The notes under the pieces were generated by a model, which saw only the letters and a program-made list of their open reading frames with translations, searched no databases and was not told the origin of the DNA. From Fimbriosthenelais zetlandica (taxonomy: Eukaryota): 64,000 nt of DNA. Positions 47,101 to 62,100 of this stretch are shown one piece after another. Both the position numbers and the translations under genes were made by a program. The DNA lies in the NCBI GenBank assembly GCA_977030845.1, contig OZ365109.1:58962001-59026000 (forward strand), given 5' to 3'. The first letter of the stretch is position 1. Each line of letters begins with the position of its first letter.

Positions 47101-50100
47101 CCTGCTCATTAAGACACAAAAGACGCGTAAAAGGACCTCCCCTTATCTCATATTTATTCCAAAGTATTTTTTCTTCCCCCCTTCCCTCGCCTTTTTCTTC
47201 CTTCTCCTGCCACTTTCCCTCTCCTGCCACTTTCCTCCAGCTCCTAGGCATTCTAGGAAGCATCCTCACTCACTCAATATTGGTATATCCTATATCATCT
47301 TCATCTCTCTCACTCACTCACTCTCATTCTCCCCTCACTCCCTCACTCACCCCCTACCCACCCCCTCACACTCCCACCCACTCATCCACCCACACTAGCT
47401 GCCAATGCTTTCAAAAAAGTACCATCTTATCATGTAGACAGATCTGTCTGTAGCCGGACACATCCTAGTTGATCTCTGCCTGCTGCTTTCCTATCATCTC
47501 TATATCCTACTGATAGCTGACAGGCTTCTTATCTCACCTAATCCACCCACAAACTACCCACCACTACCTCCTCACTCCATGGAGGTAAGGCAGATGAATC
47601 TCGTATATCTCTCCCTTTATCATGTGGCTCTGGCAATTTTTTGTTCGAATGTGGGACGTCCTAGGTTCAGTTCCTCAAGCAGATTCCAAATATGACATTG
47701 TACTTCCCTCCCCAAATTCAGGGCACCATTCATCCTACTGTCCATGGTGAGAGGCATATGAGAGAACCCTTGCTGTCCCAAATACTCCACAACTGTCCTT
47801 AGGATCATTTCTTCAAACTTCACTCCACACGCAGTTGAAACGCCAAACATTATCAGATTAGCTGATAATTTAAATGTTTTTGTTTTTCTAATTGCCCAGA
47901 CTCGGTATTCCACACAAGAAACAAGACTGGCCAATATGTGTAGTGGTATAGTCATTGGCTCCCACCCAGTCTTGCCTTCTAACGCTACAAGCGTTTAAGC
48001 CTTCGCCTTTAAAGCTTTAAGCCTCTGGGCATGATGGCCAAAAAGAGATATAGATTGTTGCACAGCCCACATTAGTGTCTCCTCTCCTAGCCTTTATTAG
48101 GTTTTTACCTTTTCTATGTTAAGTCATGGCATAAATCACCATGTAATGTCTGTATAGGCGGATTGGGTTTGTGGCCTCCAGTGTTAGTCATTCTCAAGAA
48201 AGCCCATGCTGTTGTGGGCTTAGTTCAGTAAGAAATATCGATCCTTAAAGAGTAGCAAAGATTAGTTATACATGTAGCTACTTCGGAAAATATTAATGTA
48301 ATAATTATCAGTATATCACATAACATGTAGTGAATTTAGGGTTATTTAAATATTGTTATTCTTAATTTAATGTTAAATAATCTCCCTCGTAAATTTCATT
48401 ATTACCTTGCTTTGCTGGAAGGTTATTCATTGATTGTGAAAGTAAAATTTAATTTCCTTTATTATCTATATTAGCGCAGTCAACCGTCCTATTAAATTTT
48501 ATGTTATATCATTTATAAATTTTATGAGTTGAGGGCCTTGACTCATCTGTAGACACAAAGTGACGTTACTATCTCAATGATTAATATTAGTACTATATAC
48601 TCTCTATAGAATAGATTGTATCAAGAAAAACTGATTGAAAAAGTCAATTACCCTGTACCCCATTAGTCTTGGTTGTTTTGATCCATAATATACCTCTCAT
48701 AGCTGGCTTAGGGCTCTGTGTGCTGGGATGTGATAAGCTACCTTAAGAAAAACTTGGGCAGCTCATCACAAAATTTCTTTTTGAGAGGGATCAAGGAAAG
48801 GAAGATAGCCTTGACATAAGAAGCTGTGATAGGATACAACAAGTAGATTTAAAGCCTCTTAGTTCAAAATCTTTCATGGTAATGAGACTTTGATTCTATG
48901 AGGAGGCCATCGCAGTCTTATGGCTGATGTAAAGGAGTGTATTCTGTCTCTCAATATAGTCCCGATGAACTATCACGATATATATCTGAGTTAAGATTAG
49001 TGTGATGAGGGGGCACTTTGTCTTGTAACAACTTGTCTCATAAGTCATTGTTTCAGTGTCCAGCTTTTGTAATGAATGAAGATTTTATACCATATACACT
49101 GTAGGCTCCAGCTAGACCTCAATGGACAGTCCTGAGCCATTTTTTGTCGCCAATCGGGGCTCCCTATATTAAGCCAAATGGAAAAGAAAGAAGCAGGTGG
49201 TGGGGGAGGCGTAATTTTGTAGTAATAATCATGACTTTATTCGAAGATCGTTTAATACACTGCTTTGGTAGTTTCAGTTGACTACAGTATTGGCTATTGC
49301 CGCAGATTATTGGCCACTTTTACTCTGTTAATGATCTTGATCCTGTGATTTAACCCTGCACCAGTGTCAGTGATTGTGGCTGATCAGTGGGCAGTGCCGA
49401 GGTGGTGGTGTGAGAGATAGAGGGGATAGTGTGGGTAAGGTTGAGAGATCGGGGCTCAAGTCTGGGCTTAGCTTTTCCTCGCTGTGGAAATGCGTATGTC
49501 CTATCTTTTGACCCCCTGTGAAGCTTTCTACCTGCTTTTCAAATACAATGCATGTTCACCTGAATGGTTGGCTTGTAGCTTCCAACTAAACTATCTCACC
49601 ACCCCACCACCCACCCCTTCTCCAATGAAGCAGGGCGTCTACTACATGTGTGAAAGCTACGACCCGTTCTGTTCCTCGAACCCCCCACCAGCTACGATCA
49701 GTAACAACACCCCCCTCCCCCAACCAACCTACTAGTACCCCTACCCCGGTGTCTCTTCATCCTAAACCCTTCCCCAACCCCCCCCCCCCCCCCGCCCCCA
49801 ATCCCCGCCCTGGTGGCCATTTATCACACCGACCTTAAATAATATAGGTTTTATCTCAACGCTGCCAATAACCAAAACAAGTAGCCAAGTTTGTAGCTAA
49901 CTGCAAGGCAATAGTCGCCAAGCCAATTATTTTATTCTTAATTGCCTTTGGCCACATATGCGAACGGTAGCTGGAAACCTGATATATACGTAAAAAGATG
50001 CTGACTACAGGAAAATACATCCTTTAACTCTAAGGACTTTAAAGTTCTTAACTTCTTAAGTTTTTCTCATCCCTTGAGCATTATGGTACAGTGTGAATAT

Positions 50101-53100
50101 ATATGGCACATAAAAACGCTATAGGAGACTGAAATATTGTGAAATAATACAGTACTATGTTCGTGACTGATTCTTTCCAGCTATATAAAAAGGCTGAGTT
50201 GTTCTTCTCATGCATAATCATAAAGCTACAATTTATGATGAGAGGCATTAGTAGAGGTCCCCTCTCACCTGCTTCCAACATAGAGCGATCCTTTACGAGG
50301 GCTTCATGGATCTCACCCTCAGATTCACTCCTTCCTACCTCCTCCTCTCTTATTATATATAGGTTACAGTCACAAGGGAATATCCTCCAACCACCCTGTC
50401 CACTCTATTCTATTACAAAAAAATCTCCCAAGCTATTCAAATATTCCCAGAGATGAAGCATTCGGTTAGACGGCTCATTGCTTGATGGTGAAGCCATCCC
50501 AGCCAACGCCTTCGCAGTTTCCTATGGAATGGCTTCGTTAGTTGACTTTCCTTTAAAGAATTCCACAGAAAATTGTCCCCCAAGGCTCTTCTGAAACTCG
50601 CTTAAAGATTACTGATAATGAATTTAATTTGTCCCATTGAGAACCCTTATCCTAAGATAATCATTGCTGTGATAATACCCTGAGCTTCCAAGATGCCAAA
50701 GGTGGATATTTTGCCTTTATGAAATGAAGAGAAGACTTCAGGGACTGCGACTGTTGCTGTAAGCGGCTTGTTACTTATTGTTGATGGCATGCGCTACTGG
50801 CTCTTTGTGTTGCAGACGAAGCCAATGAAGCCATTTACTCCTGTATCTAATTCACTAGTATTGGGAGAGGTAATAGTAAATAGGGGAGAGTTCCCTACTC
50901 TCAGCCCTCGTTAATATCTACATTCTGGTAAAGGAGTCTGAATAGAGAACACTATTGCCTCTTTTTGCATTTGCCAAGGTTCAGATAACCTATGATCATT
51001 GACTGAGGCCATTTGTAATTTGTGGGGTACTTATCCCAATATACTGGTACATGAAAGGTGTTTCTAAGGTGTTTTCAGTCCCAAAGACTTTACAATTATA
51101 CATAATGGTACATATTCGTACATATAAATAATTATTAAATAGTATATATTGGCAGACAAGAGGGAAGATCCACTGAAATCTTAGTAGCATTTGCCATTAT
51201 AAGACAACTCGCATCGCCCTTCATCCCTCAATACCTAAGAAGTCTTTATTATGGACCTTCATTATGTACCATCAGTCTGAACTTACGACTTCAAAAACCT
51301 GCACTTATTTGCACTTAAGTTTTTATTTGCAGGTCTGTCTCACAGAACTGAGTAGATCTCGTTCCATATTAAGAGGAGACAAACCAGACCAGTATAATAG
51401 AATGCTAATCATATAGGAAGCACTGTGCCTGGCAGTGGTATACACCCAGCCTCCTCGCCTAACCAGGTTAGCCTCCAGTCCTCCTGTCATAAGACAGTGC
51501 TCACACCACCATTTACTGTCACCGCGCATTGGCCCTATCCCCCACACACTTACTGCCTTACATTGAAAACCTTGTAAATACTATAGTCTACTTCATGTCC
51601 TTTACTTCCACGACTGCTGGAGTAATTCTCCAGTTCCTAGGATCCATTTCACAGCTTGTTATCTCCAAGATGAAAAAATATAATTATCAGAAGACAGTCA
51701 TAGTCATACTTGATACAAATTAATTTGGAATCGTAATGCTACTGCCTAGGACTCAAATTTGTGTCAGAGTGGAAAGTTATGACAAAGTTGGCTCGGGAGA
51801 TTGGATTTAAGCAGTGATTACCATTTGCTTTGGGACATTACGGCATAGAGTGAAGTTGAAATGCGAAACTGCTTTCAGTCAAATTTGTGTTATGTCAGAT
51901 AAACGGCCCCCTTCCTGGAGCCTAACATAACATAACAGAGGCAAAGAGGAAATAGAGAGTAGTATCCTTGGAGGCTGGAGAAGTAATATGATATTTCCAT
52001 TTATGCTCTTTTCCCACGATTGCCTAAAGCTCTCTGCCTCCCCAAGTCTGACAGTTTCTCTAGATGATGTGTTGGAATAATGGCGTTTATGCGGCCACCT
52101 CCCCGCCAAAGCCAGCCAATCTCTTTTGGCAGAGCCTCCAGATGCCTTCTGTGTTTTTCTTCTATCTCTTTTTTTGATGCGCACTGATGTAGCTCGGCTG
52201 GACAGGGGGCAGCCAAAAATAACAAAAGCTCTCTATATTCCTGGCGAGTGCCGTGGATCCGGCCTGGAATTGGGTTTGGATGAATGGGACTGAACCACAA
52301 ACGTGGGATGTATTCAAAATACACTCATTGTCCAGATAGACTACTGCCTCCCCGCATTATTCACTACATTGTGCCAATAATTGTGTTTATCAGAAAAAGT
52401 ATGAAGAACCAATATATGAAAAAATAATTCGTTGGCCAATATAATATCCGTCCATTCCATACTTCTTGAGCAATATCTGACACATACTGTTTGTACCCAG
52501 AAGGGATGAATCCACCGTATGTGGAATGTTATAGATCATGGAGATTCTATCCAAGCCCTCGTACGATGTCTGATTATTACCGTGGTATAGTACTCATCAG
52601 TCATGGCATCAATTATTGTGTAGAACTCCTTTATCTCATCGATCCAACAATATTGATAAGGGCTTAAAGGTCTGGGAATATTGTGACTCCATCTGTATGC
52701 ATTGAATGGCAGTATTATTTTGGGCCCTTTAAGGCATGCTCATCTTACTTAATTTAATTAACTAAGAATCCTGCAGGATTTTTATTACTGACTGACACTA
52801 CTTTAAAAATGGTCATGGTAAATTTACAGAGTTCAGAAATAAAATTAATCTCGATTGTGACATGACCTTTCCGCGACTCGGAGCCGAGAAAAACAATTAA
52901 TTGGAAACATCTCAGTAGAGAATTGTCCTGTAGGATTAGTGAAGAACACTAAATGTCACAGCTGAGCTTCTCGAGAGAAAAATATCCTGAATTCACCTCA
53001 CATTAGTTTTAATCTGCCATTAATCTTGATTGTTTCCTCATAGATCGTCTTCTTATCTCTGCTGATCATTGCACTTTGTATGACGTGCATCAATTAGGCA

Positions 53101-56100
53101 GAGGTTATGGCCTGGCAACATGATTTGAAATGCCAATTCTCGGGGTTTGGGTTGCATGGTATGAATGCTAATGATAATGTGAGGATCTCGAATCGCCTCA
53201 TCTTTGGGCAAATGGCGAAAGATCAGATCTTTTGGCTGTTTGATGCAATAGTATAGGGAGGCATAATGGTGTCCAGATTAGTTTAGGAAATGATGAGCTC
53301 TCTGTCTACAGGGAAACGGACGGACAGTTAGAGAGACAGACGACTTACTAATCATGAGAAGAGCAGGTTGTCATGATATGGACAGAAAATCGACAAAGCA
53401 GATGACGGAGAAAGAGACAAAAGGGAGAGTATTCATGGGTGGTTTCCTCAGGGCGGGCCAGCCCAGGATGGTGATAGAGTGGAGGTAGAAAGCTATGTAA
53501 ATCGTCTGTGATGAGGCAGGTTAGTAGTGAGTGGTGCCCCACAGTCGTAAAGGCAATGTGACATCATGCTCGAGCAGCTCATGACGCCTGACCACCATAC
53601 ATAGAGGACGTAACCATTCTAGGCAGATCACAGGCTTTACCGCTCATACATGAGCTACTCACTCATCCAATACTCACTCCTCATGCTCTCTCTCACTCAC
53701 CCCGATTCATGTATTCCCACTCACCACTCGATCCCTCCCCATTATATCTCACTCACCACTCACTCCCCATACGAGTTCACACCCTCATCGGATCCCCATA
53801 TTCTCACTCACCACTCACTCACTCCCCATATTCTCTCCCTCCCCATTTCATATCATATCTCATTCTCCGCTCATTCCCCATACTCACTCATCGCCATATT
53901 CTCACTCACCACTCATTGACTCCCTCCTCATATTCTCTCACACTAACTCCCAGTCTCCCTCCCGAATTCCCACATCACAGCTGAAAGCAATCATTTCCTA
54001 GGTGTATACATTTTTTTAATCCAATTAACTATAGCATACGTTTTGCTATACATTTCTAATGACAATACACAGGATATTAGACTAGGCGCTTCATGTTAGA
54101 TGACATTTTCTGCCTCCTTTTCAGATCTTTTCTCTGTTGGCAATTCCATAGATATAGTGTGTCTGATCTGTGTTTTAGATAACAGCGGCAGGCAACATCT
54201 TTATCTACTGGCCTCATAAGTCACATAGACTTCATTCAAAATGTACAGATTCATTATAGATTGCTCACAGTAGTGATACTCTGGAAGCCTGTATGGAGCT
54301 TTGTGTTACCCAACCATTCTACCAACCAAAGGCTGTCATTACTCCTCCTATGAACTTAGGCAATGTGTGTGGGCCCAGGAGAAATTGGTAGAGGCGTAAT
54401 AACTGGTCGTGTAGGCAGATCCAATAGGAGATGTTCACTGGGACATTTCCCCCCTCTCTTCCTACTCCACAGCAGTATTTTTTCTCATCTCTCGCCTACT
54501 ATAGACATTGAATGCCTTTGCCCTGTGTTTGGCAGGCTATCCCCTTGCTCAGAATCAATGTAAATCTTGCTCGGTTGAATACAAAGGCAGAGATTGGACA
54601 TAAGACCAAAGCCGGCAACACAGTGTACAGTGTCAGTAAATACTATTGAATGGCTGAACTGTGGCATTGGATTAGTTTATTAATAAATTAATGCAACTTC
54701 CTTTCATAATAGAGGATGAATTCATCTTTTTATATCAGGAAAGAATTTTCATACTTGTGAATTTGAACTGTATTATATCAGGATTGCCTTAAATTGTTCG
54801 ATTTAAGGGATTGAGATAACACCACCACTTGCTTTGTTCAAAGTGTGCTGTGTCCCTTGTTTTGTAGTCATTTGAACGCTTCGAACGGGAATGTCTATAC
54901 TTAGCAATATTACCATACCACTCATACTTCTATAGGATCACCGGCTTAGACATTTCCTTCAGAATCCTGAATTTATAATAAGTTAAGTTTGCTCAGCAAT
55001 AAATATCTTGTAAAAAGAGACGCCAGTCTCCAGGCGATTGCGGCCAGACGTCGTATTTAAGCTTCCAGCCGCCTTTCCAATCAGAGGAAGGCTTTTAGTG
55101 TCTCTTGTAATTGATGAATGATGGTCTCCCACTAGTTTTTGCTTCCACTATGTGGTTACAACAGCTGGATTATTCGTCTTCACATAAGAAATGAATATGT
55201 CAATAATAATCTGAAGAAATTGAAGGATTTAGGCAAAATACATCCCTGAAATTATTCCATCTTTTTATTTGGTTATATAATATAAAGATTTTAATAAAAT
55301 ATTGTTATTCTTTTAATAATAAAATTATCATTTATATTCTTTTTAAAGACGATATTAACTCAGCCTTTGTATACTACGATCATTTTGAAACTGTATAAAG
55401 TCATCACAGAGTTCAGTTTGCAAAAATGTGCATCCGTGTATAGATTCCATAGAGCAGAGGACCATGAGTCAAATTTTAACATACAGCAAGCATTAGCTCG
55501 AGTGACTGGAATGTGTCCCTGAGGATGGCTCTCAATATGCAATCTTCCAAGCTTTCTAGTGGGACCGTCTGTATGCCATATATACTCCAACTGAGATATA
55601 CTCTGTACCTTGTCTTTCTAACAAAGCTCAACGATATGTTCATTATTGAAGCATTCAGTGTGCCTTTCTGTATATGAGACGACACACAGTATAATGGCTG
55701 GTCAATGCAGCAGAGAATCCGTACACTCCTCTACGAAAATGTCTTGACTTATTCCCTTTACATATTATTATTCTGTACATGCTGTACATGTTACAAATAG
55801 GTTAATGTTCTCGTTGCCATAAAAAGCTGACACAATTATTAATGAAAATTACTCTATTTCAGAATGAAGTACCACCCCATGCCTTCTGCCAGATAGCAAA
55901 GAACCTTAATAAAGGAATGGTAAGTATATTTTATACAAAAATCTCTTTTGTAATAAAGATAGTTATACTGATTCGACTAATTCTGTTGTAAAGGATTTGC
56001 CTATTGTATTGTCACGTGGTAAATTAAACAATGGAAAAACACAAAAGATTAGCCCTAAATCATAATCTCAGCAGTACAGGCAGTTTTTTTCTGTTTTCGC

Positions 56101-59100
56101 ACTGTTTAATTACTTGTTTGATAGAACACAGCCTATCACAGTTTGTCGATCGTGTTATGTGCTATAAAGATCCTAATAACCGTGTATCGGATATACACAG
56201 CCACAAGAAAGCGTTTGTTGGCGTAATTCTTTAGGCAATCACTGATAGCATTTAAACTAGGATGCAACGTGCTTGGGGGAAAAATCGATGAAGAGGGAAA
56301 CGTAATTTAAAATATGAAAATTAATGGGATATCAATATTCGAAAATAATTAGGTCGTGCCACCAAAATAATTATGTTGCATTGCACACTGTTAGTTGAAG
56401 TTGATCGTTTCGGATCTCACCCTGAACTCTCCAATTAAACGGATGTTAATGTCGCTAGATATAAATAGCACTGTAACAGTTACCATCTTCAAAAGATCAT
56501 TCTAGAAGAGATAGGTAATTAGTGATGAGAGGAGAGATGCTGCCTCTAGCCGTATGAGCTAAGATCTTGACGCCAGCATGAGCTAATATCAAAGGTTTCG
56601 GCTTACAGGTATAATGAATTAGATTTAATGAACGAAACCCTTCTGTCCATAACTCAGAATTATAAAACAGAAAACAAACTGACCAAGATTATTTAATAAA
56701 GATGTCTTTTATAAGTTATTTAAAACTGTTGGATATATAAATTTTCCAAGGTGCATGCATTGCTAAATGTTAGCAATTACCCTAGCTGAAGGACTAGGTC
56801 GTATATGATATTAAAGCAATGTTAGTTGATATTTTTAGTAGATCTATATATTTCGGCCTCAATTTCGAAGTTATCAATATCAAAATCAGTATTGTCTAAC
56901 TAAGGAATGCATCGAGAACTAACCGTAGATAGTATAAAAAGTGATTCCTTTAAAAATTTAAGTATAAATGAGTATTTTAGAAGGAATATCTTGCCTGTTG
57001 TTAAGATGTCCTTAAATGCCCGCAGTTCCCCATCAGTGCCACTCGTGTTATAAACAAGGGGAGAAGTACTACTTACACTGAAATATTTAACATGGCTAAA
57101 GTCGTTCCCTTTCCATACTGTTGAGTTTACTAGGAGCTTGGTGTATTTTTCACATGTCCATGCTACTAATAAGCATCCATCAATTCCCTCTGATTAGATT
57201 TTGATATAATATAATATTAATCCCAAGAAATTATCCAGAGCTTATCAAGGGAAAGGCAATGGCTATCGCTTAGAATTTAGTTTCCTGTTTGGTCCAGCTC
57301 ATTATTACTCTACAAAAGTAATTCTTAACATCTTAATGTTCAATTCATTCGAAAATTGAATTGAACCTGACTCGCTAAAATGAAGGGACACTCCTCGAGA
57401 GTAAAATATATATTTGATTTCAAGCAACCCATTTGTATAAAAAGAATTGTATTAATACCTAAAATGATTCTCTTGAACACTTTATTTCTCTTGGATTTAA
57501 GTGAAAGTTTAAAATCTTTTAATAACGACTGGCAATGGATCGTCATCGAGTGACACGTTTAGAATTAGTCTGGCTGCTGGCAGCCTGCTGCAAGAGTTAT
57601 GTTTTATTAGCCATTTTCTCTTTGCGTCTTCCTCCGTCTTTCAAATGTTTGTGTTCCAGCTCTTCAGTGCCATGCATAATTTATTCCCATCTGTATTGCT
57701 TGTCTCTAGGTGGGGTCGGATGTGTTCCTCTGTTATAAGAAATCTATGGCCAAGGCTAACACCCTAGCCTACAAACCAGGTGGGTCTCAAATTCCATATA
57801 AAGCTTTAATGTCTGACATATCCATGAATACTAAAGTATACCACCAAAGAACTGGGCTTCTTTGGCAATATTGCCTTGAAGGTTTGAATGATGGCTGCCT
57901 TTGGGAGAAAGGCCCCACCTATATTTAGCCTATTTATGTGTTATGTATACATGAAAACAAAATTGTAACTTCCAATCTCCTAGGATCATTGAGGCGTGTG
58001 TCATTAAAGAATTGATAATTATTGAACTATTAAACGTATCATATGATTAATATTGATCTTCTTGGTCAATATTATTTTATATATAATCTCTAACGTGGGG
58101 TTTCACATTAAACAGTTCACGGATTTTACAGATTATCTTTACAAAGTTGACATATATCTTAAATTCGTGTGGAATTAAAAAAAAATCAATAAACTTGTAT
58201 TGAGATATCTTGTAACATTAATGGAATTTCAGCCACATTATACCGGTGGCCTTTGGAGGATTACCCTAACTTTGAATTCCCGGAGTCAGTACCAATGTTC
58301 TGCCTACCACTGGGCTCATCAGTAGAGAGCTGGCCAGCCGAGGCTCAACATCCACTACCAGTCTTCTCCACCTTTGTACTGACAGGTGCTGCAGGTGAAA
58401 AGGTGAGTTCACCTCTATCTGTTATACTCTGTGCCAACTTGTGCCAAGAATAGATACCCATCCAGGCTCAATTATGGGTTCTCTTTGAAGTGCCATTCTA
58501 AATATATTTGGCACAACATTTGGGAAATATACCCATTAATTTAGGTTTTACCATTTTAAACATTTTTATGAAACTGAGTAAAAGCTAATGTATTTAGATT
58601 AAAATTATTGACTGGATTTCCTAATTGTTTCCTACACATCCTTAGATCACGGGCCTTGTGTCATTTGGTTAATTTTACACTTATTTCATATTTCCAGGTT
58701 TATGGCGCAGCTATCATGTTCTATGAAGAATACGACCATAACAAATTAACTGACCAACAAAGGAAGCAACTCGGCTTAGATGTGGAACCTGAAGAAAGCT
58801 CAGAGGTGGAGGAGAAAGCCGTAGAGACGCAAAAGAAAACTGTCCACCACAATAAATGTATCTGCCTCCTCTCACGATGGCCCTTCTTTGATGCTTTCAA
58901 GAAATTCTTACAATACCTCTACCGGTTATCTATCTCTGGACCTCACATAGTTCCTATTGAAAGGTGAGTTGAACTAAAATATGCATGAAAAATGGATTTT
59001 GCGGATTCCATTGCTGTTCGTCTTTTTAGCCTTCTTGATATCAATGAACTTATGAAGGCAGTTTTCTGGGACACAATCAATTCTGCTGAATGTATTGGAA

Positions 59101-62100
59101 ACCTTTGTTAATGATATGGAAGTTTTGAATTAAAATTTGAGTAATATAACGTTTTTGGTATCGTATTTTGACGTTCGATCCAACGTACTGTAATGTGATA
59201 TTTAACATTTGTAACAATGAAATTTTGATTTCTATGGCTTGATACTGTTGCAGGCATATATCACATTTCATGTTGGAGGTGCCCTTCCCTTCTCCACAGC
59301 GCCCACGGATATTAGTACAGCTGGCTGACGATTCTATCTGTATATCGCAACCTGAAGAGATGCCCTTACAACAAAAGTAAGCATTGTTTCCTGATAGAGA
59401 TTTTAATGAGCCCTGAAAATCTTTTGGACAAATAGTCATCGTCTTTCCTGTACAGTATCCTATTACACTTTTAGTTTCTTGGCAGATTGTAATGTGTATA
59501 ACTAACAGCAACACAATTTTTCCTTTTGCTAATAAACTCTATTTACAATGGGGGTCGATTAAATTTGCATCCAACTGTACAGTAATAGTCAGTATTGTCT
59601 CAATGTACTATCAATCGCATTGATGTAGATTGTTTGATCATTACACTGATATATCTGATATTCTTTTCTCCAGTTTTCCATGTAGTGGAGCATCATTCAC
59701 ATTGTTACTGAAAAATCTAGGACCAGAGAACTGTCTGAACCTGCTGCTCTATGCTCTGATGGAGCAGAAAATCCTCATTCATTCCCTTCGTCCTGCCGTC
59801 CTTACCAGTGTAGCAGAGGCGCTCACTAATGTAAGTCTTCCACACATATTTTTTTCTAAGAATTTTATGATCATTTCAATTTCAACCGTCTATGAGGCCA
59901 CAGACGTACACCACCCTGAATTATTGAGGCTTGCACGAGCGTGTATTGTTCTGGAGTTGGGATCATTTCAGGTGCCAAATACCTCTTATCTATTGGTCTT
60001 ACGAATTTCTCCTTTCGAAATAAATGTTCCTGTTGTTGAGATGCCCTAACCGAGCAATAGTAAATGTAACTGCTCTCTCTAAGGCGCCCCTCTGACTTTT
60101 TACATAGCCTTGAGCCAACTGCCACCAGCTTATTATGGACCATTACAAGTCTGGCATTAGAGTCAAAATTGTCAATTATATTTACCGCAAAGCTCATTAT
60201 CTGCGAGCAGTCGTCGATCCTCTGGGTACACAAATACACAACGCATTGCTGCACCTTGCAGGCAGATAACGAAGATATTGTGTCGTCGTCACTAGCTTAA
60301 ATTATGCCCGGGATTAAACACAGTTCTTTAATCTTGTATGCTCTGGCCATAAAAATCCTTCCCCCTCAGGGAATTTCTCGGTTTCTACACCACACTTCAT
60401 CTAGTCTTTTATTACCTTAAATAAACTTAAGGTCTTAGGGCATGTCAACCTGTGTGTACTATTTTGTTCATACATTAACAACAAAAATCTGAATTGGCTT
60501 GAATATATATGGATTTAGAGAAATGTGTATTGCCCATAGCTCAATGGAAATACAATGTACACGTTAGTGTAATGAAGAAAATGTAATCATTCCTCTAGAA
60601 TAATAGATTCATTAATACAGTTAATTGCATCAATTACTAACCATATATGGTCTTTTTCGCAGATGATTTTCCCATTCCATTGGCAATGCCCCTACATTCC
60701 ACTCTGTCCTCTGGGTCTGTCTGATGTTCTTAACGCGCCCTGTCCCTTCATTGTGGGCGTCGATTCCCGCTACTTTGATCTCTATGACCCCCCGTCGGAT
60801 GTCACCTGTATCGATCTAGATACAAACACCATATCTCTGTAAGTAACGTATTTCTCAATAATAATATTTTCTATTCTTTGTACAGAAGTATAGGTCTTTC
60901 AGTATGAATCTTCTGAATTCGATCTGGCAACCTTAGGACGGTATTTTTTCCCAAAATTGTGTGTACTCTTTAAGTTAAATTTGTTCCTTAGTGAAAGGTA
61001 AGCCTTCCTGAAAGGTCAATCGTATTAACATTACATTGGTTTGAAGCGTTTAAATTGTTCTTCTCTTTTAATTCATCGTTCTTGTTCTCTTTTAATTTGA
61101 AAGTTCAGACTTTCCAGTGTTACAATTCCAAAAGATAATAAACATGCATAAAAATTCATATGATTTTAATGGATTCATGCATCTAGAACTTGTCAATGGT
61201 TAACAGGTCTGATGAGCGCAAAGGCATGAGTCACAAGATGCTGCCGAAAAAACCCATGAAAGTTCTGCGAGCAACTCTGGAGCGTTTGTTTGAGTCACTC
61301 TGTCAAGAACCGTCCAACCCAGGCACACCTATAGATGCCAGCCGTGACATGGCCTACAGCGACCATGACTTCAGACAACGGCGGAAAGAGGTGAAGCAAA
61401 ATCACTACTTGGAATGATTTTTTAAAACAATTTCTCTTTCCTCCTCTGCTTTTTGTGACCAAAATTGATTTTTTCAAATAATTGGGCTTTCCTTTCCCCT
61501 GACCTGTAATTTGAATCTTGCCATTTAAAAGGATAATTTTTTTTTTTTTTACAGTTGTTAACAGAGACGGCCATACAGGAAGCATTCTTGCGGTTTATGG
61601 CTTGTTGTCTTAAAGGTTACAATCAGTATTTGTTACCGATAACAAAAGCTCCCACACTCGGCACTACAGATGTCAGCTCTCTCTTTGATGTCAACAGTAA
61701 GTGGAACTGGTTTTAACAAGCATTGCTTGCACTTCCTTCCAACGACAACATTTTTAAAAAATTCCACAAATTATATTCATCATTGAAGTTCAGTTTGAAT
61801 ACCTTTAGTTTGAAACCTTTCTGGGATATTTCTGATACTTCCTTTCGATAACAAAATCTTAACAAAATTCTAAAAAAATATGTGGAATTGAAAGAAAGGT
61901 TTCTGGAAAATATTTCAATACGAAGATCTTTAATTATTAATTTAATCTACTCTTTGTCAATTTTATTAATTTATTTCTGTTTTCCAGGTTTCCTCAAGAG
62001 CCGTGACAAGACGTACCACAAGTTCTTCATGCAGCTGATGAAGACCCAGCTTTTCTCACGGTTTATAGAAGAGAGGAGTTTTGTGTCTGATAAAGATGCC

